55,711 bases of DNA from an uncultured Ectothiorhodospiraceae bacterium. GTDB lineage: Bacteria > Pseudomonadota > Gammaproteobacteria > Nitrococcales > Halorhodospiraceae. Position numbers and translations under genes: made by a program. Shown here in pieces: positions 55,623-55,711 of this stretch (position 1 is its first letter; each line of letters opens with the position of its first letter). Below the pieces are notes generated by a model. It saw only the letters and a program-made list of their open reading frames with translations, did not search any database and was not told where the DNA came from. Location of the stretch: positions 1-55,711 of the forward strand of contig CAJXLI010000001.1 of assembly GCA_913055575.1 (NCBI GenBank). Reading direction: 5' to 3'.

Positions 55623-55711
55623 TTCGCGCTTCACCCTGTCGTATTCACGAGAAAGCCGTGAGAGCCAAGGTGCCGCCTTGTTGATGTCGGTGATTGAGCA
55701 GTTCGTAACCA

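Noticed and set aside
55533-55711. Calling a specific antitoxin CDS at the window edge
   Set aside because: No frame gives a recognisable motif and two frames contain early stops. Sequence beyond the window is needed.

Overview
GC-rich (about 70% by eye) gammaproteobacterial chromosome segment. The acidic proteins, Mrp antiporter and gene style suggest a halophilic Ectothiorhodospiraceae/Halorhodospira-like organism (inference). 1-7.0 kb: distal spc operon and alpha operon (rpsH partial to rplQ, including an rpmJ missed by the ORF track), followed 4 nt later by a DUF62 SAM hydrolase. 8-15.4 kb: mdh, pmtA, psd, an SCO-fold protein lacking its copper ligands, prmB, an M48/TPR lipoprotein protease, an ArsC-fold protein with two catalytic Cys replaced by Ser, and hemH. 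15.5-22.4 kb: non-canonical Mrp Na+/H+ antiporter operon (E-F-G-B-C-D-D-D). 22.3-42.3 kb: LPS/cell-surface cluster with lpxR, msbA, an O-antigen ligase, 3 sulfotransferase-fold proteins, 3 LPS-kinase-fold proteins, many GT4s, and a flippase-like gene coupled to a degenerate-phosphoesterase::glycolipid-synthase fusion. 42.5-52.7 kb: phosphatase, peptidoglycan-binding protein, an EPS export operon (secreted acidic protein, outer-membrane beta-barrel, short OPX, Wzc with a probable AUU start, VpsP-like protein, ligase/polymerase) and wecA. 52.7-55.7 kb: lower-GC mosaic of toxin-antitoxin modules and remnants interleaved with two diverged 3' ends of a nucleotide-sugar epimerase gene, plus a SecB-like chaperone. 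No rRNA, tRNA, CRISPR array, transposase or integrase was recognised. All calls come from reading motifs by eye; no database search was run.
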